A stretch of 64,000 nt of DNA. Origin: Spirochaetota bacterium. Its GTDB lineage: Bacteria > Spirochaetota > Spirochaetia > Treponematales > Treponemataceae. The notes beneath the pieces were generated by a model. The model searched no databases. It was not told where the DNA came from and was given only the letters and a program-made list of their open reading frames with translations. The stretch covers positions 77,214 to 141,213 of the forward strand of contig JAEZST010000018.1 in assembly GCA_023443865.1 (NCBI GenBank). The letters are read 5' to 3'. Position numbers and translations under genes: made by a program. This document shows, piece after piece, positions 9,218 to 16,404 of this stretch (within the stretch, counting starts at the first letter, position 1; every line of letters begins with the position of its first letter).

Positions 9218-10899
9218 TTAATGCCCTTGAGCGGCATAATGCCTTCGGGCGTGAAATCGCCGGCCAAGGCCCCGAATGCCGCGGTGAACGAGAGGGGCGC
9301 GTAACTGTATACCGCCAGGGCCGTATTGACCCAGGGCGCGTTTTCGAGGAGGACCGGCGACAGGGCCGATACCACGATAACCCGGCACTTTTCGCCCCGC
9401 AGCGCGTTCAGTACGGGTAATTGTTCCCGGGACGAGAGGCAGAAAATGACCGTGTCGAAGGCCCTTGCCCGTTTTGGGAGGTTCCAGTTTACCCCGGACG
9501 TCTCTGCGCCCGGAAAACGCGCCGTACCCGCCTCTAAAAAGGAGGGAAAGGCAGAGGCGAGGAGCACCCGGCCCGGCTCTCCGAGGGGGAGCCCCGCGTT
9601 CCGCACGAGCGTGACCGAGCGAACCGCCTGGGACAGGAAAAACTCCTTCCCTTCGGGATCGGGAACTCGCTCCTCAAGTTTCGCGAGGTCAGGATACACG
9701 GGGACCGCGTCGTCGTCCTTGAAATACGAGAGCTTCGCGAGAATGACCCGCCGGGCCGCGTCCTTTACCCGGTCCCTGAACGCCGGAACGCGCGACATGC
9801 GGTCAAGGTTCTTGGCCCAGAACGCGTCGCCGAAGGACGGGGTGGTGGAGGATTCGATAATATCGTTGCCCGCCTCCAGCGCGAGCTGAACGGCCCGGGA
9901 AACGCTTCCCGCGTATTCCGTGGCCCCGTTCATCATGATATCGTCGGTTACGATAAGCCCCGTGAAGCCCATTTCGTCCCGCAAGACGTCGTTTAAAAGC
10001 AGTTTCGAGAAGGTAGCCGGTTCGTCGTTTCCGGTGATTTGCGGAAAATTGAGGTGTCCGCTCATAACGGCCTCGACCCCCGCGTCGATCAGGTAGCGGA
10101 AGGGCACGAGCTCGCGGCTTCTGAACGTCTTTCCGTCTATGGGTATGACGGGGAGCTTGCCGTGACTGTCCATGCCGGTGTCGCCGTGGCCGGGAAAGTG
10201 CTTGGCGGTGGTGAGGACCCCCGCCGCCCGGCTGCCCGCGACGAATGCGGCGCCGAGGATGCCGGCCGCGTCGGGGTCCTCGCCGAAGGAACGCGGGCCT
10301 ATTACGGTGGATTCATGGTCCGTATAGAGGTCTACCGCGGGGGCGAAATTCAAATTGATGCCGAGGGCTCCCAGCTCCCGCGAGATATAATAGCCCGTAT
10401 TCCAGGCGTCGGCGGGAAGCCCCGACGCGCCGATGGCGAGATTTCCCGGGGTTTCGGTGGTTCGGCCCTTGATATGCCTGATCCATCCGCCTTCCTGGTC
10501 GGTGGCCACGAAGAGGGGAATGCCGAACCTGCCCTCGGCGGCCTTTTTTTGGAGCGCCGTTACCGATTCGGCGACCTTTCGCGTGTCGTCGGTGTTCCAG
10601 CCGAAGATCTTGATGCTGCCCAATCCCCGCTCGGCCACCCAATCGGTGACCAGGGGGCTGGGATCGGTTCCGGCCCAGCCGAACATAAGGGTTTGCGCCA
10701 GCAGTTCCGAGTCGGTCATGGCGGCGACCAACGCGTTTGCCAGGTCTTCGTCGGGAAGGGGGTCGTCAAAGCGGGGAAGGCCCTCCGGCGGCGCCTTGGA
10801 GGAAAGCATGAGGGCCGCCGCCGCCGTTACGGCGAGAAGGCCGGTAATAGTCGCGAAAACCGCTGCGGCGCGGCTTTTCCTCACGAGCCTACCCCGCAC
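9214..10899 (-). CDS. Glycoside hydrolase family 3 protein (NagZ-like beta-N-acetylhexosaminidase / beta-glucosidase-related), secreted.
   Basis: 561 aa with an N-terminal hydrophobic signal. GH3 N-domain signatures: LGINLNFAPAVDL, KHFPGHGDTGMDSHG. The start overlaps the trxB stop by 19 nt. Confidence 0.8.
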   Translation of the reverse strand: MRGRLVRKSRAAAVFATITGLLAVTAAAALMLSSKAPPEGLPRFDDPLPDEDLANALVAAMTDSELLAQTLMFGWAGTDPSPLVTDWVAERGLGSIKIFGWNTDDTRKVAESVTALQKKAAEGRFGIPLFVATDQEGGWIRHIKGRTTETPGNLAIGASGLPADAWNTGYYISRELGALGINLNFAPAVDLYTDHESTVIGPRSFGEDPDAAGILGAAFVAGSRAAGVLTTAKHFPGHGDTGMDSHGKLPVIPIDGKTFRSRELVPFRYLIDAGVEAVMSGHLNFPQITGNDEPATFSKLLLNDVLRDEMGFTGLIVTDDIMMNGATEYAGSVSRAVQLALEAGNDIIESSTTPSFGDAFWAKNLDRMSRVPAFRDRVKDAARRVILAKLSYFKDDDAVPVYPDLAKLEERVPDPEGKEFFLSQAVRSVTLVRNAGLPLGEPGRVLLASAFPSFLEAGTARFPGAETSGVNWNLPKRARAFDTVIFCLSSREQLPVLNALRGEKCRVIVVSALSPVLLENAPWVNTALAVYSYAPLSFTAAFGALAGDFTPEGIMPLKGIN

Positions 10900-11843
10900 A
10901 TGGACGCGTCGATGCAGTTCGAGGCGGAGTGGGCCGCCACCGCCCCGTCGGACGTGGCGGTAACGATTTGGCGGAAGGGCTTGGATCGAATGTCTCCCGC
11001 CGCGAAGAGGCCATGGATGGAGGTCTGCATCCCCTCGTCGGTCAGTACGTATCCCTCGTCGTCCTTTTTGGCGAGGGCGACCAGTTCCGTGCGGGGATTC
11101 ATGCCGATGAAGATGAATACGGCGTCGCAGGCGAGCTCTTCCTTCGCGCCCGTCTCGACGTTCTCGAGAAGCGCCGAGGTCACCTTTCCCGATTCCTGAT
11201 CGGTGCCGAGAATTTCCCTCACCACGGTATTGAAGCGCACGTTTATGTGGGGGTTGCGCAGGGTTCGTTCGGCGATGGATTTTTGCGCCCTGAACGCGTT
11301 TCGGCGGTGGACCATGGTGACACGGTCGGTCAGGTGGGCCAGGAAACCCGCCTCGTCGCAGGCCGCGTCGCCGCCGCCCACCACCAGGATATGCTTGTTC
11401 CGGAAAAAGGGACCGTCGCAGGTCGCGCAGTAGGATACGCCGCGGCCGTAGTAGGCTTCCTCGCCGGGGACCCCGAGGTGCCGATGCTCGGCGCCCGTGG
11501 CCAAAACCACGGTCCGGGTCGAATAGGTGATGGGGTTTTCCTCGCTCGATTCGATCGGTATCACGAAAACGCCGTCTTTCTTGCCCAGTCCCGTAACCTT
11601 TCCATATACGAATTCGGCCCCGAAGCGGACGGCCTGTTCCTTCATGTTCGCCGCGAAATCGTAGCCGTTGACGGGATCGAGAATGCCGGGATAGTTTTCA
11701 AGCCGGTCGATGAGCACGGCCTGGCCGCCCTCTGATTTTTCCTCGATCACGAGGGTTTTCAGGTTGGCCCGTCCCGCGTATTGCGCTGCCGAAAGGCCCG
11801 CCGCGCCTGCCCCGATGATTATCATATCGTATATGGTTTCCAT
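10881..11843 (-). CDS. trxB: Thioredoxin-disulfide reductase.
   Basis: 320 aa. FAD-binding GAGAAG, redox-active CATCDG, NADPH-binding GGGDAA. Confidence 0.9.
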   Translation of the reverse strand: METIYDMIIIGAGAAGLSAAQYAGRANLKTLVIEEKSEGGQAVLIDRLENYPGILDPVNGYDFAANMKEQAVRFGAEFVYGKVTGLGKKDGVFVIPIESSEENPITYSTRTVVLATGAEHRHLGVPGEEAYYGRGVSYCATCDGPFFRNKHILVVGGGDAACDEAGFLAHLTDRVTMVHRRNAFRAQKSIAERTLRNPHINVRFNTVVREILGTDQESGKVTSALLENVETGAKEELACDAVFIFIGMNPRTELVALAKKDDEGYVLTDEGMQTSIHGLFAAGDIRSKPFRQIVTATSDGAVAAHSASNCIDASMCGVGS

Positions 11844-11871
11844 AAGAACAATGTAAGGAAGGTTTTAGCTT

Positions 11872-12324
11872 TCAGTCAAGCCAGTGTACCTTGTCGGGCG
11901 CCTTCTCCGCCATGCGGATCGTCTTGTAGCGGCCCGAATGCTCGACCCGCACGTCCTTGGGGAAATAGGTACAGTGCAGGAACCAAACCGCGTCGAGGAT
12001 AGAGGCGAAAGAATCGGAGGGACAGTAGCGAAACCACAGTTCCTGGTTTTCTATCTGCGAACGCCGGAGGGGATCCGTGGTCGCGTCGGGATCTACCGCG
12101 GCCCGCAGCTGGCTTCTCAGGCCGCCGTACCAGGCGTGGGTTACCGTTAAAAGGTTCAGTTTTTTTTGTTCATCCATCCGGTACAGCTCGAAGAGGCCGG
12201 AAACGGAGGGTACGGAAGCGTTTATCTCGTATTTATCCGCCTTTTTCAGCGGCGACCAAACCAGGGTATAGGATATCGTGTCGCCGGTGACGCTGGCGGT
12301 AAGCGAGGGTTTCATTTCGAACAT
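11872..12324 (-). CDS. Hypothetical protein (150 aa), first gene of the trxB-containing minus-strand operon.
   Basis: Complete ORF 28 nt upstream of trxB on the same strand. No family recognised. Confidence 0.4.
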   Translation of the reverse strand: MFEMKPSLTASVTGDTISYTLVWSPLKKADKYEINASVPSVSGLFELYRMDEQKKLNLLTVTHAWYGGLRSQLRAAVDPDATTDPLRRSQIENQELWFRYCPSDSFASILDAVWFLHCTYFPKDVRVEHSGRYKTIRMAEKAPDKVHWLD

Positions 12325-12415
12325 GGGTACATGATACCCGATAACGGGCGATTTTTACAGAACCCCTTGCCTAAAGCCCATCATGTTGGTATATTTAGCG
12401 AACGTTGCGATTGAA

Positions 12416-12516
12416 GCAAATTGCTTCGCGATTTTGGCGCCTGTCCTTGGAACCTGCGGTTCCGGCGGGCGGCGAGAGGAAGTGATTGTAACAAATTGCT
12501 TCGCGATTTTGGCGCC
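12416..12516 (+). repeat. Two copies of a 25-bp direct repeat (CAAATTGCTTCGCGATTTTGGCGCC) at 12417..12441 and 12492..12516. The second copy covers the 5' flank plus the first 6 nt of tRNA-Cys.
   Basis: Exact 25/25 match read directly from the sequence. Possibly a duplicated tRNA promoter/5' region. Confidence 0.6.
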
Positions 12517-12582
12517 GTACCCAAGCGGTAAGGGAGAGGTCTGCAAAACCTTTATGCATCAGTTCGATTCTGATCGGCGCCT
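12511..12582 (+). tRNA. tRNA-Cys (anticodon GCA).
   Basis: Manual fold of GGCGCCGTACCCAAGCGGTAAGGGAGAGGTCTGCAAAACCTTTATGCATCAGTTCGATTCTGATCGGCGCCT. Perfect 7-bp acceptor (GGCGCCG/CGGCGCC), U8-A9, D-loop AGCGGTA with GG. Anticodon stem GAGGT/ACCTT with loop CUGCAAA (U33, GCA, A37). 5-nt variable loop. T-arm ATCAG-TTCGATT-CTGAT. Discriminator U73, the tRNA-Cys identity base. CCA is not encoded. Confidence 0.75.
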
Positions 12583-12629
12583 CAAAAAGAAAAGCCCACC
12601 ATATGGTGGGCTTTTCTTTTTGAGGCGCC
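12576..12629. terminator. Perfect 54-bp palindrome, GGCGCCTCAAAAAGAAAAGCCCACCAT|ATGGTGGGCTTTTCTTTTTGAGGCGCC. The core GCCCACC-ATAT-GGTGGGC hairpin is flanked by an A-tract and a T-tract, so it is a bidirectional intrinsic terminator directly after tRNA-Cys. Its outer arm is the tRNA 3' acceptor strand.
   Basis: Inverted repeat read directly. The T-rich run TTTTCTTTTT follows the stem on the plus strand, and the complementary run follows it on the minus strand. Confidence 0.6.
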
Positions 12630-12786
12630 GGTTCCGCGAGGAAATGTATCGAATGCCCCGGCATACGCCGTGGCTGTGGATCGGCGCCTGAATTGGGCGC
12701 CGGTTTATCAAGGAAAAGGATAAACTGCTCCGGTACGTACCGGAGCGATGGCACGGCGCCATGATTGGGCGCCGGTTCCGCGAGGC
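12623..12786. repeat. Cluster of short GGCGCC-based direct repeats. GGCGCCGGTTCCGCGAGG occurs twice (12623..12640 and 12769..12786). CGGCGCC(T/A)TGA(A)TTGGGCGCCGG occurs twice (~12682 and ~12755). GATCGGCGCCT, identical to the last 11 nt of tRNA-Cys, is repeated at ~12679. There is also the palindrome CCGGTACGTACCGG (~12731).
   Basis: Read directly from the sequence. The repeats are copies of the tRNA 3' end and flank, which suggests integration/excision scars (att-like) next to the tRNA. Confidence 0.45.
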
Positions 12787-12823
12787 TTACGGAAACGATG
12801 TTTCGATAGTGCAATTGCGTATA

Positions 12824-12852
12824 TTGCGGAAATGCAATTATGCGGTTATCAT
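12824..12852 (+). promoter_or_regulatory. Candidate sigma-70-like promoter for the EBP gene (TTGCGG-17nt-TATCAT). The predicted start site is within 1-2 nt of the ATG, so the mRNA may be leaderless. It overlaps the ATTGCGGAAATGC motif.
   Basis: Hexamers read directly: -35 at 12824..12829, -10 at 12847..12852, ATG at 12860. No RBS is possible in the interval. Confidence 0.3.
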
Positions 12853-12859
12853 TTTTAAA

Positions 12860-14206
12860 ATGAGCGACGACAGCCTTACCGCGAACATCCTCGAGAGCAT
12901 TTCGGACGGGGTATTCACGGTCGACGAAAACTGGAAGATTACCTCGTTTAACCGGGCCGCGGAACGGATTACCGGGGTGGGCCGGAAGCAGGCGATCGGT
13001 CAGAACTGCTTCGAGGTGTTCAAGTCGAATATGTGCGAGTCGTCGTGCCCCTTACGGCGAACGATGAAGACGGGAAAGCCGCTCGTCGACCGTTCGGGCT
13101 TTTGCGTGACGAAAAAGGGCAGTCGGATCCCGATCAGCGTATCGACCGCCTTGCTCGTTGACGCCCGGGGAAGGGTGCTCGGCGGCGCGGAGACGTTTCG
13201 CGATTTGACCGAACTCGAGGAACTGAAGAAGGAACTGGCCTCCCGCGGGCCAAACCCCGTTTTCCGGAGCAAAAGCCCTTCCATGGAGAAACTTCTCGCG
13301 ATGCTTCCCGCGGTTTCGGACTCTACGAGCTCTATCCTGATACGGGGCGAGACGGGCACGGGCAAGGAAGTGCTGGCCCGCGCCATCCATTCCCTGAGCC
13401 CCCGAAAGGACGGGCCGTTCGTCGCGGTAAACTGCGGCGCGATCCCCGAAAACCTCCTTGAATCGGAGCTCTTTGGCTATAAGAAGGGCGCCTTCACCGG
13501 CGCCGACCGCGACAAGCCGGGGCGCTTCGCGCTCGCCGAGGGCGGAACCCTTTTTCTCGACGAGATAGGCGATATTGCCCCTGCCTTGCAGGTAAAGCTT
13601 TTGCGCGTCCTTCAGGAACGGGAGTACGAGCCGCTCGGCGGCACGAAGCCGGTACGCGCCGACGTGCGGCTCGTCTCGGCGACGAACGCGGACCTTGCGG
13701 CCCTGATCGCCGAGGGAACGTTTCGGCGCGATCTTTTTTATCGCGTCAACGTCATCAATCTCGTACTGCCTCCATTAAAAGACCGGAAAGAAGACATACC
13801 CGATCTCGCCTCGGGCTTTCTCTCGTCGTTCGCCGTGAAAATGAACAGGAAAATCGACGGGATCGCGCCCGAGGTGTTCTCTCGTTTTTACGCGTATGAC
13901 TGGCCCGGCAATATCCGCGAGCTCGAAAACGTCGTAGAGCGCATGGTCGTGCTCGCGGACGCTCCCATTATCGGCCGGGACCTCTTGCCGAGCGAACTGC
14001 TGGCTCCCGGCGTTTCCCTAAAGGAAGCGCTAGCGGGAGCCGGCCCGGCGAAGGTCGCGCGCGTGCGCGACGAGGCCGAGCGGGAATGCATCGCCGCGGC
14101 CCTCGAGGCGCACGGATGGAGGCGCGCCGAGACGGCCGCCGCGCTCGGCATCGACAAGGCGACCCTGTGGCGGAAGGTGAAAAAGCTCGGCATTACCGAG
14201 CCGTAG
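12860..14206 (+). CDS. Sigma-54-dependent transcriptional activator (bacterial enhancer-binding protein). N-terminal PAS sensor, central AAA+ sigma-54 interaction domain, C-terminal Fis-type HTH. No receiver domain.
   Basis: PAS segment ([30 protein letters not shown]). Walker A GETGTGKE, the GAFTGA sigma-54 contact motif, ESELFGY, and a C-terminal HTH ([20 protein letters not shown]). The track ORF begins at 12761, but the start is placed at ATG 12860 ([12 protein letters not shown]). Confidence 0.85.
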   Translation: MSDDSLTANILESISDGVFTVDENWKITSFNRAAERITGVGRKQAIGQNCFEVFKSNMCESSCPLRRTMKTGKPLVDRSGFCVTKKGSRIPISVSTALLVDARGRVLGGAETFRDLTELEELKKELASRGPNPVFRSKSPSMEKLLAMLPAVSDSTSSILIRGETGTGKEVLARAIHSLSPRKDGPFVAVNCGAIPENLLESELFGYKKGAFTGADRDKPGRFALAEGGTLFLDEIGDIAPALQVKLLRVLQEREYEPLGGTKPVRADVRLVSATNADLAALIAEGTFRRDLFYRVNVINLVLPPLKDRKEDIPDLASGFLSSFAVKMNRKIDGIAPEVFSRFYAYDWPGNIRELENVVERMVVLADAPIIGRDLLPSELLAPGVSLKEALAGAGPAKVARVRDEAERECIAAALEAHGWRRAETAAALGIDKATLWRKVKKLGITEP

Positions 14207-14234
14207 CCGCGCGGGGGCTATCGTCCGCCGTCGG

Positions 14235-14519
14235 TCACGTTTCCTTCGGCGCGGTCAGTTCGGCGAGCCGCCCGTTCGCTTTCTCGAGTTCGCGCGAGAG
14301 AATCGCGACGCGGTTCTCGAGGAAGGCCTTTTCTTCCCCGTCCATCGATTCGGTCGGTAGGGCCCCGCGCATGCGTCGCCGGCCTCCGAAGCGTCCGCCT
14401 CCGAAGCCCCGGCCTTCGCCGCTCGCGTATCCCGGAACGTCATATCCCGCGCAGAAACCCGCTCCGCGGCCGGTCATCGGACCGCATCCCCGCGGTCCCA
14501 TTCCATTTCCTCTAGGCAT
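14235..14519 (-). CDS. Small Gly/Arg-rich protein resembling the DUF5320 family. The N-terminus is MPRGNGMGPRGCGPMTGRGAGFCAGY and the C-terminus is a coiled-coil. This family is typically encoded next to NifX-like/Mrp clusters in anaerobes.
   Basis: 94-aa ORF with a strong RBS (AGGAGG 7 nt upstream of the ATG). The N-terminal MPRG(D/N)G(T/M)GP(M/R)G.GP.TGRGAG(Y/F)CAG pattern matches what I recall of DUF5320. It sits under its own sigma-54 promoter. Confidence 0.6.
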   Translation of the reverse strand: MPRGNGMGPRGCGPMTGRGAGFCAGYDVPGYASGEGRGFGGGRFGGRRRMRGALPTESMDGEEKAFLENRVAILSRELEKANGRLAELTAPKET

Positions 14520-14555
14520 AGTGTACCTCCTCTAGCTGAGAGTTTCCCATCGTGA

Positions 14556-14572
14556 TGCAAAAAGCGTGCCAA
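14556..14572 (-). promoter_or_regulatory. Sigma-54 (RpoN) promoter for the DUF5320-like gene. On the minus strand it reads TTGGCACGCTTTTTGCA, a perfect TGGCACG-N4-TTGC.
   Basis: The -24 GG and -12 GC elements have exact consensus spacing. The predicted start site is ~14545, giving a 26-nt leader with AGGAGG and the ATG at 14519. Confidence 0.7.
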
Positions 14573-14715
14573 GCGCCTTTTTATGCTCCCGACGGGAGAG
14601 CGAAGGCGAAAACGCGGCGCGAATGATTGCGGATATGCGCTATCCATTGCGTTCGCGTTGCGATTCCGCACTGTAATGCGGGGCCTGCCGCCCCCATTTT
14701 CGCGATTATTCGAGA

Positions 14716-14731
14716 TGGCACGGAAATTGCT
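14716..14731 (+). promoter_or_regulatory. Sigma-54 (RpoN) promoter for the NifX-like/MinD-Fer4/Mrp operon: TGGCACGGAAATTGCT, a perfect TGGCACG-N4-TTGC.
   Basis: Exact consensus read on the plus strand. The -12 GC is at 14729..14730, so the predicted start site at ~14741..14743 coincides with the first ATG (14743). The first gene would be translated from a leaderless or near-leaderless mRNA. Confidence 0.7.
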
Positions 14732-14742
14732 CAATAAAAACC

Positions 14743-15129
14743 ATGAAACTTGCCCTATCGGTCTGGAATGGCAGAATCGCTCCCGTCTTTGACGCATCGG
14801 AACGGTGCCTGATCGTCGACGCCGGTTCCTCCGGCTCGATCGGCGATCTTGTCGTTTTTTCGTGCCGGACCGCCGACGAAAAGGCCCGTTTTCTCGCTGA
14901 CAAGGGCGTGTCGACGGTCGTGTGCGGCGCGGTGTCCCATGAATACGAGGAAGCCTTCATTGCGCGCGGTATCGAGATTGTCTCGTTTATAGCCGGGCCG
15001 GTGGAGCGAGTAATCGAGGCCTGGAACGCCGGGACCCTGATAGGGGCACCGTTTTCCATGCCGGGATGCGGCTGTCCGCGCCGCCGCCGATGCAGGCGGA
15101 GAGGGCGCGGAGGATCGCTCAATCTATAG
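14743..15129 (+). CDS. NifX/NafY/NifB-C-terminal-like dinitrogenase FeMo-cofactor-family protein (MTH1175-like fold), copy 1. It has an odd Arg/Cys-rich C-terminal tail.
   Basis: 128 aa. The N-terminus MKLALSVWNGRIAPVFDASERCLIVD is the characteristic beginning of this family (MKIA.p...g.....FG.a..f.i.D). Confidence 0.75.
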   Translation: MKLALSVWNGRIAPVFDASERCLIVDAGSSGSIGDLVVFSCRTADEKARFLADKGVSTVVCGAVSHEYEEAFIARGIEIVSFIAGPVERVIEAWNAGTLIGAPFSMPGCGCPRRRRCRRRGRGGSLNL

Positions 15130-15148
15130 GAAACAAGGGGAGACACTC

Positions 15149-15511
15149 ATGAAAATCGCAATCAGTTCATCGGGACCGACGCTCGACGATCGGCTTGACC
15201 TTCGGTTCGGCCGCGCCGCCCTGTTTATCGTCTACGATCTTGACGGCGACGCGTTCGCCGTCGCTGACAATACGCAAAATCTCGAGGCCTCGCAGGGCGC
15301 GGGAATCCAGGCGGCGCAGCATGTCGTCAACGCGGGAGTCGGGGCGCTCGTAACCGGCCACACGGGGCCGAAAGCCTTCAAGGTACTCGAGGCCGCGAAG
15401 GTTCCCGTATTCCTGGCCGAGGGCGGGACCGTGCGGGAAGCGATCGCCGCCTTCCGCGCGGGCACCCTCGAGGCCATCGTTGCGGCCGACGTTGAGGGCC
15501 ATTGGGTATGA
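15149..15511 (+). CDS. NifX/NafY-like dinitrogenase FeMo-cofactor-family protein, copy 2.
   Basis: 120 aa. MKIAISSSGPTLDDRLDLRFGRAALFIVYDLDGDAF... with the conserved ...GVGALVTGHTGPKAF...VPVF segment. RBS AAGGGGAG upstream. The stop overlaps the next start (ATGA). Confidence 0.8.
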   Translation: MKIAISSSGPTLDDRLDLRFGRAALFIVYDLDGDAFAVADNTQNLEASQGAGIQAAQHVVNAGVGALVTGHTGPKAFKVLEAAKVPVFLAEGGTVREAIAAFRAGTLEAIVAADVEGHWV

Positions 15512-16404
15512 GGATAGCCGTCGCGTCCGGCAAGGGAGGAACGGGCAAAACGACCGTATCGGTTTCCCTCGCGCTCTCGTTTCCGGGGAAGGCGCAGCTT
15601 CTCGACTGCGACGTGGAAGAGCCGAACGCGGGGATCTTTCTCTCGCGGCGGGATATCCGCGAACGGGAGGTTACCGTCCCCGTTCCGGTCATAGACGAGG
15701 CGAAGTGTACCGCGTGCGGCGCTTGCGCGTCGTTTTGCGAGTTTAACGCGATCGCGCGCATCGGGGACACCGTCATGATATTCCCCGAACTGTGCCACTC
15801 CTGCGGCGGCTGCGCGCTCGTATGCCCGGTTGGCGCGATTCGGGAGGAACCGTCCGCGATCGGTACGTTAACGGAAAGCGAGATTCTTCGCGACGGCCTT
15901 TATCCCCTCGATTTTTTTCAGGGCCTGCTCTCGATCGGAAAGGCGATGTCACCGCCGCTGATCCGGGCGGTCAAGTCTCGCGCGGCAAGATCGGACCGGG
16001 GGGGCGAAGGGCGCGGAGACCCCGACGTACTGACGATCGTCGACTCTCCCCCGGGAACGTCATGCCCGATGGGCACGGCCGTCGCGGGCGCGGACTTCGT
16101 CGTTCTCGTGACCGAGCCCACGCCCTTCGGCCTCCATGACCTTGACCTCGCGGTGAAGACCGTCCGAACGAGGGGGATCCCCTTCGGCGTCGTCATAAAT
16201 CGGTGCGATTCGGGCGACGGCCGCGTGGAGGCGTACTGCGCAGGGGAGCGTATCCGGATTCTCATGCAAATACCGGAAGACCGCCGCGTCGCCGAGGGTT
16301 ACTCGGAGGGAAAACCGCTTATCGAGTCGGCTCCGGAATACCGGAAGAAGTTCGCCGTTTTGGCGGATGTCATAGCCGGCGAGATACGGGGAGGGGACCG
16401 ATGA
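15508..16404 (+). CDS. MinD/ParA/CooC-type P-loop ATPase with an inserted di-cluster 4Fe-4S ferredoxin domain.
   Basis: Deviant Walker A SGKGGTGKTT. Two CxxCxxCxxxCP motifs (CTACGACASFCE, CHSCGGCALVCP). The track start 15502 is a TTG, so ATG 15508 (MRIAVASGKGG) is preferred. Confidence 0.8.
   Translation: MRIAVASGKGGTGKTTVSVSLALSFPGKAQLLDCDVEEPNAGIFLSRRDIREREVTVPVPVIDEAKCTACGACASFCEFNAIARIGDTVMIFPELCHSCGGCALVCPVGAIREEPSAIGTLTESEILRDGLYPLDFFQGLLSIGKAMSPPLIRAVKSRAARSDRGGEGRGDPDVLTIVDSPPGTSCPMGTAVAGADFVVLVTEPTPFGLHDLDLAVKTVRTRGIPFGVVINRCDSGDGRVEAYCAGERIRILMQIPEDRRVAEGYSEGKPLIESAPEYRKKFAVLADVIAGEIRGGDR

Noticed and set aside
12752-12767. TGGCACGGCGCCATGA upstream of the EBP gene, a possible sigma-54 -24 element.
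   Set aside because: The -12 TTGC element is absent at the required spacing (CATG instead). It is part of the GGCGCC repeat family rather than a promoter.
12761-12859. Upstream 33 codons of the sigma-54 activator ORF, and analogous extensions for tyrS (18587..18751), the MinD-Fer4 gene (16203..16400), mrp (17141..17299), the aldo/keto reductase (21119..21148), LysR (35781..36818), the ABC ATPase (44595..44720) and the XRE gene (22893..22955).
   Set aside because: An internal ATG with an RBS, or an overlap/coupling signature, gives proteins of canonical length. The extensions run through intergenic repeats or promoters and encode Arg-rich junk.
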